From the NCBI RefSeq assembly GCF_058153355.1, contig NZ_CM177019.1: a stretch of DNA of 64,000 nucleotides; one strand, given 5' to 3'. This document shows, piece after piece, positions 23,067 through 36,664 of the stretch. The notes below the pieces were generated by a model. That model worked only from the letters and a program-made list of their open reading frames with translations, made no database searches and had not been told where the DNA came from. Made by a program: the position numbers and the translations under genes. Numbering within the stretch: the stretch's first letter is position 1; every line of letters starts with the position of its first letter.

Positions 23067-24271
23067 TAATCCACCAATAATTCCAGCGCGCGGTCAACGG
23101 CGTTCACCAGCGCATCCACATCATTCTTTGTATTATATGGCGCAAACGAGGCGCGCAGAGTGCCGGTTACGCCTAATTCTGCCAGTAGCGGCTGCGCGCA
23201 ATGCTGCCCGGCGCGCAGGGCAATACCGTACTCTGCCAACAGCGTCACCATATCGCTGTGATGAACTCCCGCGAAATCAAAGGCCAGCAGGCTGGAATCC
23301 TGGCAGCGGAATGAACGAAAACCTGGACGTTTCGTCAGCGCATCTTCCGCCAGCGTTGCTAAGCTACGGCTCCAGCTTTCGGCCTGGTTGATATCGTAAT
23401 CTGCCAGCCATTCCAGCGCCGCGCTTAATCCTATGACACCAGCGACATTTGGCGTTCCAGCTTCCAGTTTCCACGGCGCAGATTGAGTCGTGAAGCCGTC
23501 AAAACTCACTTCGTGAACCATTTTGCCGCCGCCCAGCCAGGGCGACATCGCTTCCAGCAGTTCTGATTTGCCATACAGCACGCCGATACCTGTCGGGCCA
23601 TACAGTTTGTGACCTGAAAAAGCATAGAAATCAATATCCAGTTGCTGAACATCCGCGGGGAAATGCACCGCCCCCTGAGCACCATCAACCATCACCACCA
23701 TCCCGGCTGAATGAGCAAAGGTAATCGCTCGCGCCAGATCCGGGCAACCGCCAGTAACGTTCGACATCTGACCCAACGCCAGAATCCGACTACGAGGTGT
23801 GATCAGTTCTGGCAACAAATCGACATCCGGCAGTCGCTGTGCATTCAGCGGCAATTTCACCACTTTGGCTCCAGTTTGTTGGGCGACCATCAGCCAGGGG
23901 ACGAGGTTGGCGTGGTGCTCTGCCACACTGACAATAATTTCATCGCCCGGTTGCAGACGCGGACGCGCATAGCATTGTGCCACCATGTTGATGGATTCAG
24001 TGGTGCCGCGCGTCCAGACGATATTTTTGTCATCTGATGCATTCAGTAATTGCGCCACTTTCTCCCGCGCAGCTTCATAACGCGCGGTCAGGCGTTGGGC
24101 TTCGGCAAACTGGCTGCGATGGACGTTTCCGGCGCTCAGGCTGTAAAACTGTCGGGTGGCTTCAACCACGGCTTCAGGTTTAAGCGCGGTCGCGGCGCTG
24201 TCGAGATAGACGCCCGCATCCTGTAGCGCGGGAAACTGGGCGCGAAACTGCGCGGGATTAAAAACGTTCAT
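23066..24271 (-). CDS. csdA: Cysteine sulfinate desulfinase / cysteine desulfurase CsdA
   Basis: 401 aa from [16 protein letters not shown]; class V aminotransferase with PLP lysine in FSGHKLYGP; ORF track extends 12 codons upstream. Confidence 0.92.
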   Translation of the reverse strand: MNVFNPAQFRAQFPALQDAGVYLDSAATALKPEAVVEATRQFYSLSAGNVHRSQFAEAQRLTARYEAAREKVAQLLNASDDKNIVWTRGTTESINMVAQCYARPRLQPGDEIIVSVAEHHANLVPWLMVAQQTGAKVVKLPLNAQRLPDVDLLPELITPRSRILALGQMSNVTGGCPDLARAITFAHSAGMVVMVDGAQGAVHFPADVQQLDIDFYAFSGHKLYGPTGIGVLYGKSELLEAMSPWLGGGKMVHEVSFDGFTTQSAPWKLEAGTPNVAGVIGLSAALEWLADYDINQAESWSRSLATLAEDALTKRPGFRSFRCQDSSLLAFDFAGVHHSDMVTLLAEYGIALRAGQHCAQPLLAELGVTGTLRASFAPYNTKNDVDALVNAVDRALELLVD

Positions 24272-24462
24272 GGTACTCCTCGGCTTGATGCACCGATCGT
24301 GACGCAAAATTCACTTCGATACAAGGAGAGTGCTAACCATCAGAATTATCTGGATATCCTGGCGAAGCCGCGTCAGTAACATATGCTGAATAGTGTTAGG
24401 CGTTAATTTTAGCCTGTTAATCAATACTATTAAGATTTATTAATCGCTTTAAGGAGAAGATG

Positions 24463-24690
24463 ATGAAAAAGACTGCCGCAATTATTTCTGCCTGTATGCT
24501 GACTTTTGCCCTGAGCGCCTGTTCCGGTTCGAACTATGTGATGCACACCAATGACGGACGTACCATCGTCTCTGACGGCAAACCACAGACTGATAACGAT
24601 ACCGGTATGATTTCGTATAAAGACGCTAATGGCAACAAACAGCAGATCAACCGTACCGACGTGAAAGAGATGGTCGAACTGGATCAGTAA
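24463..24690 (+). CDS. ygdI: Small lipoprotein YgdI (DUF903)
   Basis: 75 aa with lipobox LSAC. Confidence 0.85.
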   Translation: MKKTAAIISACMLTFALSACSGSNYVMHTNDGRTIVSDGKPQTDNDTGMISYKDANGNKQQINRTDVKEMVELDQ

Positions 24691-24706
24691 TTCGCGATCG
24701 CAAGGT

Positions 24707-24912
24707 AAAAAAAAGCACCGCAATTAGGCGGTGCTACATTAATCACTATGGACAGACAGGGTAAATGTACAGGAAGTGAAAAAAGGTAGCTTTGCTACCA
24801 TGGTCTGAATCGCAGACCAATTGCAAACACAACAACACAACATCACAACCGTAAGCCAAAAGTTCACCAGAACACGCATTCCGATAAAACTTTTCGTTCC
24901 GGCTCAGGAAGT
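24707..24912 (-). ncRNA. gcvB: GcvB small regulatory RNA, divergent from gcvA
   Basis: Minus-strand sequence from acttcctgagccggaacgaaaag through the GU-rich region gttgtgatgttgtgttgttgtgtttg to the terminator agcaccgcctaattgcggtgcttttttt matches GcvB as recalled. Confidence 0.9.
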
Positions 24913-25040
24913 GCCGCCACTATAGGTATTTGCTGGTAGAAGCTCAACGGACAATTTATAATGGCTCAGATTAAAAAAACTAATAGGTTACACAGTGTGA
25001 TCTAATTGTTAAATTCATTTAACATCAAAGTTTAAAAGCC

Positions 25041-25958
25041 ATGTCTAAACGATTACCACCGCTAAATGCCTTACGAGTTTTTGATGCCGCAGCACGCCAT
25101 TTAAGTTTCACTCGCGCAGCAGAAGAGCTTTTTGTGACCCAGGCCGCAGTAAGTCATCAAATCAAGTCTCTTGAGGATTTTCTGGGGCTAAAACTGTTCC
25201 GCCGCCGTAATCGTTCACTCCTGCTGACCGAGGAAGGTCAAAGCTATTTCCTCGATATCAAAGAGATATTTTCGCAATTAACCGAAGCGACGCGTAAACT
25301 CCAGGCCCGTAGCGCCAAGGGGGCGTTGACGGTCAGTTTACTCCCCAGTTTCGCCATACATTGGTTGGTTCCACGACTTTCCAGCTTTAATTCAGCTTAT
25401 CCGGGAATTGACGTTCGCATCCAGGCGGTTGATCGTCAGGAAGATAAGTTGGCGGATGATGTTGACGTGGCGATATTCTATGGTCGGGGCAACTGGCCGG
25501 GGCTACGGGTGGAAAAACTTTACGCCGAATATTTATTGCCGGTGTGTTCGCCGCTACTGCTGACAGGCGATAAACCCTTGAAGACCCCTGAAGACTTGGC
25601 TAAACATACGTTATTACATGATGCGTCTCGCCGTGACTGGCAGACATATACTCGCCAATTGGGGTTAAATCATATCAACGTTCAGCAAGGACCAATATTT
25701 AGTCATAGCGCCATGGTGCTGCAAGCGGCTATCCACGGGCAGGGAGTGGCGCTGGCGAATAACGTGATGGCGCAATCTGAAATCGAGGCCGGACGTCTTG
25801 TTTGCCCGTTTAATGATGTTCTGGTCAGTAAAAATGCTTTTTATCTGGTTTGTCATGACAGTCAGGCAGAACTGGGTAAAATAGCCGCCTTTCGCCAATG
25901 GATCCTGGCGAAAGCCGCTGCTGAACAAGAAAAATTCCGCTTTCGTTATGAACAATAA
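25041..25958 (+). CDS. gcvA: LysR-family glycine cleavage system regulator GcvA
   Basis: 305 aa; N-terminal HTH and LysR substrate domain. Confidence 0.93.
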   Translation: MSKRLPPLNALRVFDAAARHLSFTRAAEELFVTQAAVSHQIKSLEDFLGLKLFRRRNRSLLLTEEGQSYFLDIKEIFSQLTEATRKLQARSAKGALTVSLLPSFAIHWLVPRLSSFNSAYPGIDVRIQAVDRQEDKLADDVDVAIFYGRGNWPGLRVEKLYAEYLLPVCSPLLLTGDKPLKTPEDLAKHTLLHDASRRDWQTYTRQLGLNHINVQQGPIFSHSAMVLQAAIHGQGVALANNVMAQSEIEAGRLVCPFNDVLVSKNAFYLVCHDSQAELGKIAAFRQWILAKAAAEQEKFRFRYEQ

Positions 25959-25976
25959 TTTACGTAGGGTACGACC

Positions 25977-26372
25977 ATGACCAGCCGTTTTATGCTGATT
26001 TTCGCCGCCATTAGCGGCTTCATTTTTGTGGCGCTGGGCGCTTTTGGCGCGCATGTGTTAAGTAAAACCATGGGGGCCGTTGAGATGGGCTGGATCCAGA
26101 CCGGCCTCGAATACCAGGCGTTCCATACGCTGGCGATCTTAGGTCTGGCGGTGGCAATGCAGCGTCGCATCAGTATCTGGTTTTACTGGAGTAGCGTTTT
26201 CCTCGCGTTAGGCACGGTGCTGTTCAGCGGCAGCCTTTATTGCCTGGCGTTGTCGCATTTGCGTTTGTGGGCATTTGTCACACCGGTTGGCGGCGTGAGC
26301 TTCCTCGCGGGCTGGGCGCTAATGTTAGTCGGAGCTATCCGTTTAAAGCGCAAGGGCGTAAGTCATGAATAA
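25977..26372 (+). CDS. ygdD: DUF423 inner membrane protein YgdD
   Basis: 131 aa, hydrophobic, conserved position. Confidence 0.85.
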
Positions 26373-27465
26373 GGTTGTATTGCTGTGCCGTCCGGGCTTT
26401 GAAAAAGAGTGCGCCGCAGAAATTACCGATAAAGCCGGCCAGCGGGAAATTTTCGGTTTTGCCCGCGTGAAAGAGAATGCGGGTTATGTCATTTATGAAT
26501 GTTATCAACCTGATGATGGCGATAAGTTAATCCGTGAGCTGCCGTTCAGTTCATTAATTTTTGCCCGCCAGTGGTTTGTGGTTGGGGAGCTTTTGCAGCA
26601 TTTGCCGCCAGAAGATCGTATTACCCCCATTGTCGGCATGTTACAGGGCGTAGTAGAGAAGGGCGGTGAACTGCGTGTTGAAGTTGCCGATACCAACGAA
26701 AGCAAAGAGTTGCTGAAATTCTGCCGTAAATTCACCGTGCCGCTACGCGCTGCCTTGCGCGATGCCGGGGTGCTGGCGAACTATGAAACGCCGAAGCGTC
26801 CGGTTGTGCATGTATTCTTTATTGCACCAGGTTGCTGCTATACCGGTTACTCATACAGCAACAATAATTCGCCGTTCTATATGGGCATTCCGCGTCTGAA
26901 ATTTCCGGCAGATGCGCCGAGTCGTTCCACGCTCAAACTGGAAGAGGCATTTCATGTGTTTATTCCGGCGGATGAGTGGGATGAACGTCTGGCGAACGGG
27001 ATGTGGGCGGTGGATTTAGGTGCTTGCCCAGGCGGCTGGACCTACCAACTGGTGAAGCGCAACATGTGGGTATATTCCGTTGATAACGGCCCGATGGCAC
27101 AAAGCCTGATGGATACCGGGCAGGTGACGTGGCTGCGGGAAGACGGTTTCAAATTCCGTCCGACACGCAGCAATATCTCCTGGATGGTATGCGATATGGT
27201 TGAAAAACCGGCGAAAGTTGCGGCATTGATGGCGCAGTGGCTGGTTAATGGCTGGTGCCGTGAAACCATTTTCAACCTCAAACTGCCGATGAAAAAACGC
27301 TACGAAGAAGTGTCACATAATCTGGCGTATATTCAGGCACAGCTTGATGAACATGGCATAAATGCTCAGATTCAGGCGCGACAGTTGTATCACGATCGTG
27401 AAGAAGTGACGGTGCATGTCCGCCGCATCTGGGCTGCGGTGGGAGGCCGTCGCGACGAGCGATAA
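26365..27465 (+). CDS. rlmM: 23S rRNA 2-prime-O-ribose C2498 methyltransferase RlmM
   Basis: 366 aa; start overlaps the ygdD stop. Confidence 0.9.
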
Positions 27466-27508
27466 CTAACAAGGCCGGGGCGTCGTCTCCGGCCTGCTCC
27501 CATTTCTG

Positions 27509-28240
27509 TCAGGCTGTTACCAAAGAAGCCGCAACCTGGCGCTCATCAGAAATAATGTGCGTGACCTCATCCAGATGCCCGATGCGGGCTTCCCCTGAAC
27601 GATTAAATTTACTTTTATCAATCAATAACAACGATTGCGCGGCACGTTTTAATAGCATCGATTTGTAATCAGCGTTGATGGCATTGGAGTCCCACAGTGC
27701 ACCGCTGCTATCGATCCCTTCACAAGAAAAAATAAACAGATCGATTTCCAGCGATTTAAGTTGGGAAATCAGCGAGGGATTGACGTAACAGCCATATTTG
27801 CGCTCAAGTGTGCCGCCGGAACTGATCAGTTGAATGCGTTCACGTTTACCGAGTTCATGGCAAATCGGATGGCTATTGGTGAAGACCTGAATGTCGATGT
27901 CAGGCAACTGGCGTGCCAGATACCAGCAGGTTGAACTGGCGTCTAAGGCTATCACCATCCCTTCTTCAATCCACGCGAGCGCTTCGCGCGCGATATCTGC
28001 TTTATGCGCATAATGGCTTTTCAGCCGGATGTGAAAGGGATCGCCACTGTCTTGATTTTGACGGTGGATATATTTAGCGCGCCCATGATTGCGCAGAATT
28101 TTACCCTGCGTCTGTAATTCATTGAGATCGCGACGAATGGTTTCTTTACTGACCTTTAGCTGTTCAGAGAGCGCTTCCGTGGTCAGGCTGGTATGGTTCA
28201 GCAGCAGGTCGACTATCGCTTGCTGGCGTGCCGCTTTCAT
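27509..28240 (-). CDS. fucR: DeoR-family L-fucose operon activator FucR
   Basis: 243 aa from MKAARQQAIVDLL. Confidence 0.92.
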   Translation of the reverse strand: MKAARQQAIVDLLLNHTSLTTEALSEQLKVSKETIRRDLNELQTQGKILRNHGRAKYIHRQNQDSGDPFHIRLKSHYAHKADIAREALAWIEEGMVIALDASSTCWYLARQLPDIDIQVFTNSHPICHELGKRERIQLISSGGTLERKYGCYVNPSLISQLKSLEIDLFIFSCEGIDSSGALWDSNAINADYKSMLLKRAAQSLLLIDKSKFNRSGEARIGHLDEVTHIISDERQVAASLVTA

Positions 28241-28297
28241 ATTTTTCACCCCATCATTCGATAACCGCCCGCGTCATGCGGGCGTACCGGTATGAGA

Positions 28298-28720
28298 TTA
28301 CGGTGTTACCCCTTTTTTTAAAAGAATATTCCCGTACTTCGCTCGTTCGCCTGTGATAACGATCGCAAAGGCTTTTTGCGCCCGTTCATAAAACGCAAAA
28401 CGATTGATGCGGATGATGTCAGGACAGGGGGCTTGTAGTGAAAGCGCATTTCGATAACGTCGTTCTACTTCAGGATCGAGAGTGTCACCCTCTACCGCTG
28501 CCATCATCACCAGCGGCGGTGCATAACTGTCCAGTTCAAATAACGGGATAATCGCCTGGAGTAAGTCGCTCACCAACAGGCCATCAGCACGGATCACCTG
28601 CGGTCCCATCGAATGGGCGGGAAAGTGAGCATCGGAAAAAATAATTTCATCTCCATGTCCCATCTCTGCCAGCACTTTCAATAGTTCGGGAGAAATTAAC
28701 GGCGAAATAGTTTTCAGCAT
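28298..28720 (-). CDS. fucU: L-fucose mutarotase FucU
   Basis: 140 aa, RbsD/FucU family. Confidence 0.92.
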
Positions 28721-28721
28721 T

Positions 28722-30140
28722 TCACACTTCCTCTATAAATTCAGGTTCAGTTTGTGGGTAGAAATAACGGTACTGATAATGAATCTGCGCGCGAGCTTCT
28801 TCCGGGCTGTTAAATTCCCCTACGCCATACCAACCGAACAGCGCAGCTCCTGCGACGGTCGTTTCGGCGTCGTCGAGAACTTTTACCGGAATATCAAGCA
28901 TATTGGCTTTAATCTGATTCCACAATGTGTTGCGACTTCCTCCACCGACTAACAATAATTCAGAGGCTTTAAAGTGCCCGATTTTTTCCAGCATCTGTAG
29001 ATTGCGCTGTAATTGCGCGGTTAACCCTTCCAGCGCCGCGCGATAGAAATGCCCCCGCGTGGTATTAAGCGTCACTCCTTGCCAGCCAGCGTTCTGACAC
29101 GACAATAAATCACACTGCATTTTCACGCCATCCGCGCCAGGCGCGATCAGACGAGCCTCTTCAATCAACATTTGCCAGGGCGTTTCAGTAGTCCAGAACA
29201 GTTTTCTCACCCATTCCAGCACGCCGGATGCCAGCCATTGCATACCGGGGTTATACAATCCTGCCTGGCTATCCAGTTCGCAGGTGGAACCGGCGTACTG
29301 ACTTAGCAGTGAAGTATCAACATGCGTACTGCGGACCATTAAAATTTCCCAGGTACCGGAAGAGAGCACGGGTTCATTTTGTTCGGCACCAGCACCAAAA
29401 AGGGCGAACTGGGTATCATGACCTGCAGAAATTACCGGTATGCCAACGGGTAAGCCGAGCATTGCTGCGGCGCTGTTCTGTAGCGTACCTATCTGTTCAC
29501 CCGCTTCCACCAGACGAGGGAAGAGTCGGCGTGGAATACCGGTGGCTTGTAAAATTTGCGGACTGAAATCGCGTTGCTGGATATCCAGCATCTGGCTGGT
29601 TCCGGCCATGGTGATATCAGTAGTCAATTCGCCGGTTAAACGGTGGTTAATCAGCGACGAAATAAAGAGCCAGGCGTGCGCGCGTTCCAGCAGTTGTGGA
29701 TGATTTTCTTTCAACCACACCAATTTATATAACGTATTGAAACTAAAGGCTCCGACGCCAGAAATAGCCTGCAACTGCTGTGCGGAGATCAACCGTTCAA
29801 TATTGTCCATTACCGCTGCTGTTCGCGGACATTTCCAGCTAATGATCGGATAGAGCAAATCGCCTTGCTTATCTACCAGAGCGCCATCCACACCAAAGGT
29901 GGTGACGGCGATACCGCGGATGTGGCATTCAGTCAGTTCACTATTGATTTGCCGACAGCAATCAGCAAAGCGTTGCAAAATGGCGTCTAAAGACCACTGG
30001 TGCCAGGTGTTGTTTTCCATCGCGATATCGCTGGCATTAGGCGTTGAGGCGCGGGCAACAATTTTTCCCTGCCGATTAACCGCGATGGCCCTGACATTGG
30101 TTGCGCCACAGTCGAGTACCAGGATAACTTCTTGTTTCAT
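28722..30140 (-). CDS. fucK: L-fuculokinase FucK
   Basis: 472 aa from [15 protein letters not shown] (FGGY kinase family); ORF track extends 10 codons upstream. Confidence 0.92.
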
Positions 30141-30248
30141 AATCGCTCCTGCAATATAGCCGGATAACATTGCTTATCCGGCTAACCACTCTTGCTTGTT
30201 CAGGCCCGGAAGCCGGAGCGACCGGGCATCACATCAGGGAGTAATGTA

Positions 30249-32024
30249 TTAACGCTTGTACAACGGGCCGTAGTTCTGGCAAGCGCGGTAATCCTGGCCT
30301 TCAATATCCATGCCGTGCGCAGCCCAGGCAGAAGGACGATACACTTTGGTCTCTTCAACGTTGTGCATACATACCGGGATACGCAGCATGGAGGCGAGAG
30401 TGATAAAGTCTGCGCCAACGTGGCCGATGGTCAGAACCCCATGGTTAGCGCCCCAGTTCGCCATTACCGAGTACACATCCGTAAACGGCCCTTTACCGGT
30501 GAGGCGCGGTGCAAACCAGGTGGTTGGCCAGGTTGAGTTGGTGCGTTTGTTGAGGATGTCATGCACATCCTTCGGTAACTCAACGCTCCAGCCTTCCGCG
30601 ATTTGCAGTACCGGTCCCAGGCCTTTGATGATGTTGACACGGGTCATGGTGAACGGGACACCGCCTTCAGTAAGGAAGCGGGAAGAGTAACCACCGCCAC
30701 GGAAATATTCGTGGATAGCCGGGCACCATTCGGTCGCGGCGAGGCAAGCGTCAGCCTCTTGCTGAGAGATTTCCCAGTGCGGCTTCATCGTCGGTTTACC
30801 TTCGCTGTCGCGTTGTTTACAGGAACCGTCCAGCGCAGCAGAACCGGAGTTGATCAAGTGGATAATGCCGTGTTCTGCCAGTCCGTCCAGTTTATGCCCC
30901 GTTACACGCTCAATTGCTTCTGGTGACCAGTAGGTACGCACATCGGCAAATACCTGAGCGGTGCCGGTGAGCTGGTGACCCATTAGCATTGCCACGCCGT
31001 TAAGACTGTCGTTTTCGGTCGCCACGACAAAGGGTTCGCGTACGCCATTCCAGTCAAATGAACTGTTGAGGATCGCTTCGGCGGTGTCGCCATTGGGATA
31101 TTGATCGGTCCAGTGACGTTGCCCCTGGAAGCCCGCAGCGATGGCGTTGTAACCAAGAGATTCTTCCACGCGACCAATATCGGCCAGTTTGCTGTTGCCT
31201 TGCATCATGTCGCGGATACACATCGCCATCAGTAAACTTTCGCGTAGAACTGCGCGGCTTTGCTCGGCATTGCGTTGATACTGTTTGTTATTTTCATCTT
31301 CGCCATAGCGGAAGTTTTTATCAGCCCAGGCCAGCGCCATTTCCAGTTCTGCTTCGTCGTAAATCTTCTGATCAATACGGCGACGCAGTTCGGTCATATC
31401 CACCGCCTGGACTTTCATTCCCAGCCAGGATTCAAAGAAGTTGTGGTCAACGATGGAACCGGCGATCCCCATCGAAACGCCGCCCAGCGACAGATAGCTT
31501 TTACCTTTCATACTGGCGACTGCCAAACCGGCGCGGGCAAAGCGCAGCAGTTTTTCTTCAACGTCGGCAGGAATCGATGTGTCATCGGCATCCTGAACGT
31601 CATGACCGTAAATGGAGAATGCCGGGATTCCTTTCTGACTGTGAGCTGCCAGAGCTGCGGCGAGGTAAACAGCGCCTGGGCGTTCAGTGCCGTTAAAGCC
31701 CCAAATGGCTTTCGGGCGGGTAGGGTCCATGTCAATGGTTTCACTGCCATAGCACCAGCAAGGCGTTACCGTAATGGTGAGGCCTACATTCTGGCTGCTG
31801 AATTTTTCTTCGCAAGCAGCAGCTTCAGCCATACCCGCGATACAGGTATCGGAAATGACACACTCGACGGCAGCTCCGCAGGCATGGCGCAGTTTCTCGG
31901 TCAGCAGTGCGGCCGTAGCTTTCGCCATATTCATTGTTTGTTCTTCAAGCGACTCACGAACACCCATGCGACGACCGTCAATAACCGGGCGGATACCAAT
32001 TTTCGGTAAGCTGATTTTTTTCAT
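30249..32024 (-). CDS. fucI: L-fucose isomerase FucI
   Basis: 591 aa. Confidence 0.95.
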   Translation of the reverse strand: MKKISLPKIGIRPVIDGRRMGVRESLEEQTMNMAKATAALLTEKLRHACGAAVECVISDTCIAGMAEAAACEEKFSSQNVGLTITVTPCWCYGSETIDMDPTRPKAIWGFNGTERPGAVYLAAALAAHSQKGIPAFSIYGHDVQDADDTSIPADVEEKLLRFARAGLAVASMKGKSYLSLGGVSMGIAGSIVDHNFFESWLGMKVQAVDMTELRRRIDQKIYDEAELEMALAWADKNFRYGEDENNKQYQRNAEQSRAVLRESLLMAMCIRDMMQGNSKLADIGRVEESLGYNAIAAGFQGQRHWTDQYPNGDTAEAILNSSFDWNGVREPFVVATENDSLNGVAMLMGHQLTGTAQVFADVRTYWSPEAIERVTGHKLDGLAEHGIIHLINSGSAALDGSCKQRDSEGKPTMKPHWEISQQEADACLAATEWCPAIHEYFRGGGYSSRFLTEGGVPFTMTRVNIIKGLGPVLQIAEGWSVELPKDVHDILNKRTNSTWPTTWFAPRLTGKGPFTDVYSVMANWGANHGVLTIGHVGADFITLASMLRIPVCMHNVEETKVYRPSAWAAHGMDIEGQDYRACQNYGPLYKR

Positions 32025-32056
32025 TACAGATTCCTCACTTTATTCGGAAAATATGT

Positions 32057-33373
32057 TCAGTTAGTTGCCGTTTGAGAACGGAAACGGGCAAAGATAAAGA
32101 TGACCGCGAAGCAGAGTGCGGGGATCAGTTCGGCTGTGGGGATGTTGCCCGCCGCGTCACTGACAAAACCCATGACCGGAGTGACAATACCGCCGCCAAT
32201 AATGGTCATAACGATGAAGGACGAGCCGTATTTGGTGTCCTGGCCGAGATTCTTTATGCCCAGCGAGAAGATTGTTGGGTACTGAATCGACATAAAGGCG
32301 CTGCATAAAGTCAGGGCTATTAAACCCACATGACCGCCAGCGAAGGCTGAGATCAGGCACAGTGCCATAGCGATTAATGCGTAGGCTGCCAGGACTTTGT
32401 GTGGTGCGAAGCGACTGATGAGCCAGGTGCCGGTGAAACGACCAATAAAGAAGCACACCATGGTTCCGGTTAAATAGTTAGCGGCAAAGCCTGCGGTCAT
32501 ACCTGGAATTTCTTCTACAGCGTAGCGAATCAAATAGCTCCAGCAGGCCGTTTGCGCGCCGACGTAGCAGAATTGCGCTAATACTGCCCAGCGCCAGTGG
32601 CGAATACGCGCCAGGCGAGAAAGCGATGCGGAGAACGATCCTTGTTTGGCGTCACTGTGATTATCACTCTGCAATGCCGGGAATTTCGTCAGCATGATCA
32701 GCAGGGCGACCAGTAACACGATAGCCACGATGATCATATAAGGTGTCTGTACCGATAATACCAGGCTGTGTTTATACGCACTCAATTGCTCTGGTGACAT
32801 TTTATCGAGAACGTCTTGCGATTGATGTGGCACGTTAGACAAAATAAGACTTTGCCCAAAGACAACCGCAATAATTGCGCCAAATGAGTTAAATGTTTGC
32901 GCAAGATTTAAGCGAAAGTGACCGCTGCTTTCTGGTCCTAATACCGTAACGAAAGGGTTTGCGGCAGTTTCCAGACAACCTAATCCGGCTGCAATAATAA
33001 ATAGGCCAATTAAAAATAAGGTGTAGTTCATTATTTCTGCGGCGGGCCAGAATAATGCAGCGCCGAAGGCATATAAAAACAATCCGGTAATAATCCCTGC
33101 TTTATAACTGAGTTTTTTCATCAATATCCCGGCAGGGATTGGGATAATGAAATAACCAAAGTAAAAGGCCGATTGGATCAGACCTGCCTGAAAGTTTGTC
33201 AGCGTAAAAGCCTGCTGAAATTGAGGCAATAAAATGTCGTTAAGGTTATTGGCTACCGCCCAAAGAAAAAACAGTGAGCACAGCAGCGCGAATGGAATAA
33301 TGTAACTTCTGCTTTGCCCTGCATCTTTATCTACCGCACGGTAACTCTGCGTTTGTATTGATGTGTTTCCCAT
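32057..33373 (-). CDS. fucP: L-fucose:H+ symporter FucP (MFS)
   Basis: 438 aa, 12-TM MFS transporter. Confidence 0.95.
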   Translation of the reverse strand: MGNTSIQTQSYRAVDKDAGQSRSYIIPFALLCSLFFLWAVANNLNDILLPQFQQAFTLTNFQAGLIQSAFYFGYFIIPIPAGILMKKLSYKAGIITGLFLYAFGAALFWPAAEIMNYTLFLIGLFIIAAGLGCLETAANPFVTVLGPESSGHFRLNLAQTFNSFGAIIAVVFGQSLILSNVPHQSQDVLDKMSPEQLSAYKHSLVLSVQTPYMIIVAIVLLVALLIMLTKFPALQSDNHSDAKQGSFSASLSRLARIRHWRWAVLAQFCYVGAQTACWSYLIRYAVEEIPGMTAGFAANYLTGTMVCFFIGRFTGTWLISRFAPHKVLAAYALIAMALCLISAFAGGHVGLIALTLCSAFMSIQYPTIFSLGIKNLGQDTKYGSSFIVMTIIGGGIVTPVMGFVSDAAGNIPTAELIPALCFAVIFIFARFRSQTATN

Positions 33374-33919
33374 AGCATCCTCTTAGGTTCAGAAGCTTAA
33401 GCACGTAATCGGTTATGTTTTCAAAAGTGCAAAACCAGCGAGTTCGGGCTTCATATCAGTGAATATTTGCCTGTCTGAAATGAACTCATGGATTCATTTT
33501 CAAATAAAAAACGCTCTGTAATATGACGGCGGTCACACTTATTAGCTGGAAGGTGACTTTATGTGACTACCATCACTTTAATAATCGAAATTTCATGCCC
33601 GTTTCAGAAAATAAATCATAAAAAACACAAACCCGATGACCGTATTAATTGTTTGTGCCGAAAACGGGCATTTCTGGCGAGGGGGAATGGAAAAATGACC
33701 GTTTTGATAAATATTTTTAAGAGCGGTCATTTTTAATAGGGTTATAAAAAGAGAACTTGCAGTTATTTACTGTGATTAGTTGAACCAGGTCACAAAATAT
33801 AAGCTTGTGAATTTCTTTCTGGTTAATCAGGAAGAAGATGGTGGGTAATTAAACGGCTAATTCAATAGTGTGAAAGGAACAACATTATTGCCCTGTTTTG
33901 AATCAGAGAGAGGTAGCTA
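33374..33919. promoter_or_regulatory. Divergent fucPIKUR / fucAO control region
   Basis: 546-bp AT-rich intergenic region between divergent operons; individual CRP or FucR sites not resolved by eye. Confidence 0.5.
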
Positions 33920-34567
33920 ATGGAACGAAATAAACTTGCTCGTCAGATTATTGACACTTGCCTGGAAATGACCCGCTTGGGACTGAACCAGGGGACAGCG
34001 GGTAACGTCAGTGTACGTTATCAGGATGGGATGCTGATTACGCCTACAGGTATTCCATATGAAAAACTGACGGAGTCGCATATTGTCTTTATTGATCGCA
34101 ACGGTAAACATGAGGAAGGAAAGCTCCCCTCAAGCGAATGGCGTTTCCATATGGCGGCCTATCAAAGCAGACCGGATGCCAACGCGGTTGTTCACAATCA
34201 TGCCGTTCATTGCACAGCAGTTTCTATTCTTAACCGACCAATCCCCGCTATTCACTACATGATTGCGGCGGCTGGCGGTAATTCTATTCCTTGCGCGCCT
34301 TATGCGACCTTTGGAACTCGGGAACTTTCTGAACATGTTGCGCTGGCTCTCAAAAACCGTAAGGCAACTTTGTTACAACATCATGGGCTTATCGCTTGTG
34401 AGGTGAATCTGGAGAAAGCGTTATGGCTGGCGCATGAGGTTGAAGTGCTGGCGCAGCTTTACCTGACGACCCTGGCGATTACGGACCCGGTGCCAGTGCT
34501 GAGCGATGAAGAGATTGCCGTAGTGCTGGAGAAATTCAAAACCTACGGGTTACGGATTGAAGAGTAA
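33920..34567 (+). CDS. fucA: L-fuculose-1-phosphate aldolase FucA
   Basis: 215 aa, class II aldolase. Confidence 0.95.
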   Translation: MERNKLARQIIDTCLEMTRLGLNQGTAGNVSVRYQDGMLITPTGIPYEKLTESHIVFIDRNGKHEEGKLPSSEWRFHMAAYQSRPDANAVVHNHAVHCTAVSILNRPIPAIHYMIAAAGGNSIPCAPYATFGTRELSEHVALALKNRKATLLQHHGLIACEVNLEKALWLAHEVEVLAQLYLTTLAITDPVPVLSDEEIAVVLEKFKTYGLRIEE

Positions 34568-34594
34568 TTTCGTAAAGCAAAAAGGAGCAGGATG

Positions 34595-35743
34595 ATGGCT
34601 AACAGAATGATTCTGAACGAAACGGCATGGTTTGGTCGGGGAGCTGTTGGGGCCTTAACTGATGAGGTGAAACGCCGTGGTTATCAGAAGGCACTGATCG
34701 TCACCGATAAAACGCTGGTGCAATGCGGCGTGGTGGCGAAAGTGACCGATAAGATGGATGCTGCAGGGCTGGCATGGGCGATTTACGATGGTGTAGTGCC
34801 CAACCCGACAATTACTGTCGTCAAAGAAGGGCTTGGTGTATTCCAGAGTAGCGGTGCGGATTACCTGATCGCTATTGGTGGTGGTTCTCCACAGGACACG
34901 TGTAAAGCGATTGGCATCATCAGCAACAACCCGGAATTCGCCGATGTGCGCAGTCTGGAAGGGCTTTCCCCGACCAATAAACCCAGTGTACCGATTCTGG
35001 CAATCCCCACCACAGCAGGCACTGCGGCAGAAGTGACCATTAACTATGTGATTACTGACGAAGAAAAACGACGCAAGTTCGTTTGTGTTGATCCGCATGA
35101 TATCCCGCAGGTGGCATTTATTGACGCTGACATGATGGATGGTATGCCGCCTGCGCTGAAAGCCGCGACGGGTGTCGATGCGCTCACTCATGCTATTGAG
35201 GGGTATATTACTCGTGGTGCGTGGGCGCTAACCGATGCGCTGCACATTAAAGCGATTGAAATTATTGCTGGGGCGCTACGAGGATCGGTTGCTGGTGATA
35301 AGGATGCCGGAGAAGAAATGGCGCTCGGGCAGTATGTTGCGGGTATGGGCTTCTCGAATGTTGGGTTAGGGTTGGTGCATGGTATGGCGCATCCACTGGG
35401 CGCGTTTTATAACACGCCACACGGTGTTGCGAACGCCATCCTGTTACCGCATGTCATGCGTTATAACGCCGAATTTACTGGCGAGAAGTACCGCGATATT
35501 GCGCGTGTAATGGGCGTAAAAGTGGAAGGTATGAGCCTGGAAGAGGCGCGTAATGCCGCTGTTGAAGCGGTGTTTGCTCTCAACCGTGATGTCGGTATTC
35601 CGCCACATTTGCGTGATGTTGGGGTACGCAAGGAAGACATTCCGGCACTGGCGCAGGCGGCACTGGATGATGTTTGTACCGGTGGCAACCCGCGTGAAGC
35701 AACGCTTGAGGATATTGTAGCGCTTTACCATACCGCCTGGTAA
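34595..35743 (+). CDS. fucO: L-1,2-propanediol oxidoreductase (lactaldehyde reductase) FucO
   Basis: 382 aa from MANRMILNETAWFG; iron-containing alcohol dehydrogenase family. Confidence 0.93.
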   Translation: MANRMILNETAWFGRGAVGALTDEVKRRGYQKALIVTDKTLVQCGVVAKVTDKMDAAGLAWAIYDGVVPNPTITVVKEGLGVFQSSGADYLIAIGGGSPQDTCKAIGIISNNPEFADVRSLEGLSPTNKPSVPILAIPTTAGTAAEVTINYVITDEEKRRKFVCVDPHDIPQVAFIDADMMDGMPPALKAATGVDALTHAIEGYITRGAWALTDALHIKAIEIIAGALRGSVAGDKDAGEEMALGQYVAGMGFSNVGLGLVHGMAHPLGAFYNTPHGVANAILLPHVMRYNAEFTGEKYRDIARVMGVKVEGMSLEEARNAAVEAVFALNRDVGIPPHLRDVGVRKEDIPALAQAALDDVCTGGNPREATLEDIVALYHTAW

Positions 35744-35797
35744 ATGCGCTGATGTGATAATGCCGGATACGACGTTTGCGGCGTATCCGGCACGCCG

Positions 35798-36664
<867 letters not shown>

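Noticed and set aside
31260-32009. 249-aa plus-strand ORF inside fucI
   Set aside because: Antisense shadow ORF within a conserved gene; no start context or domain.
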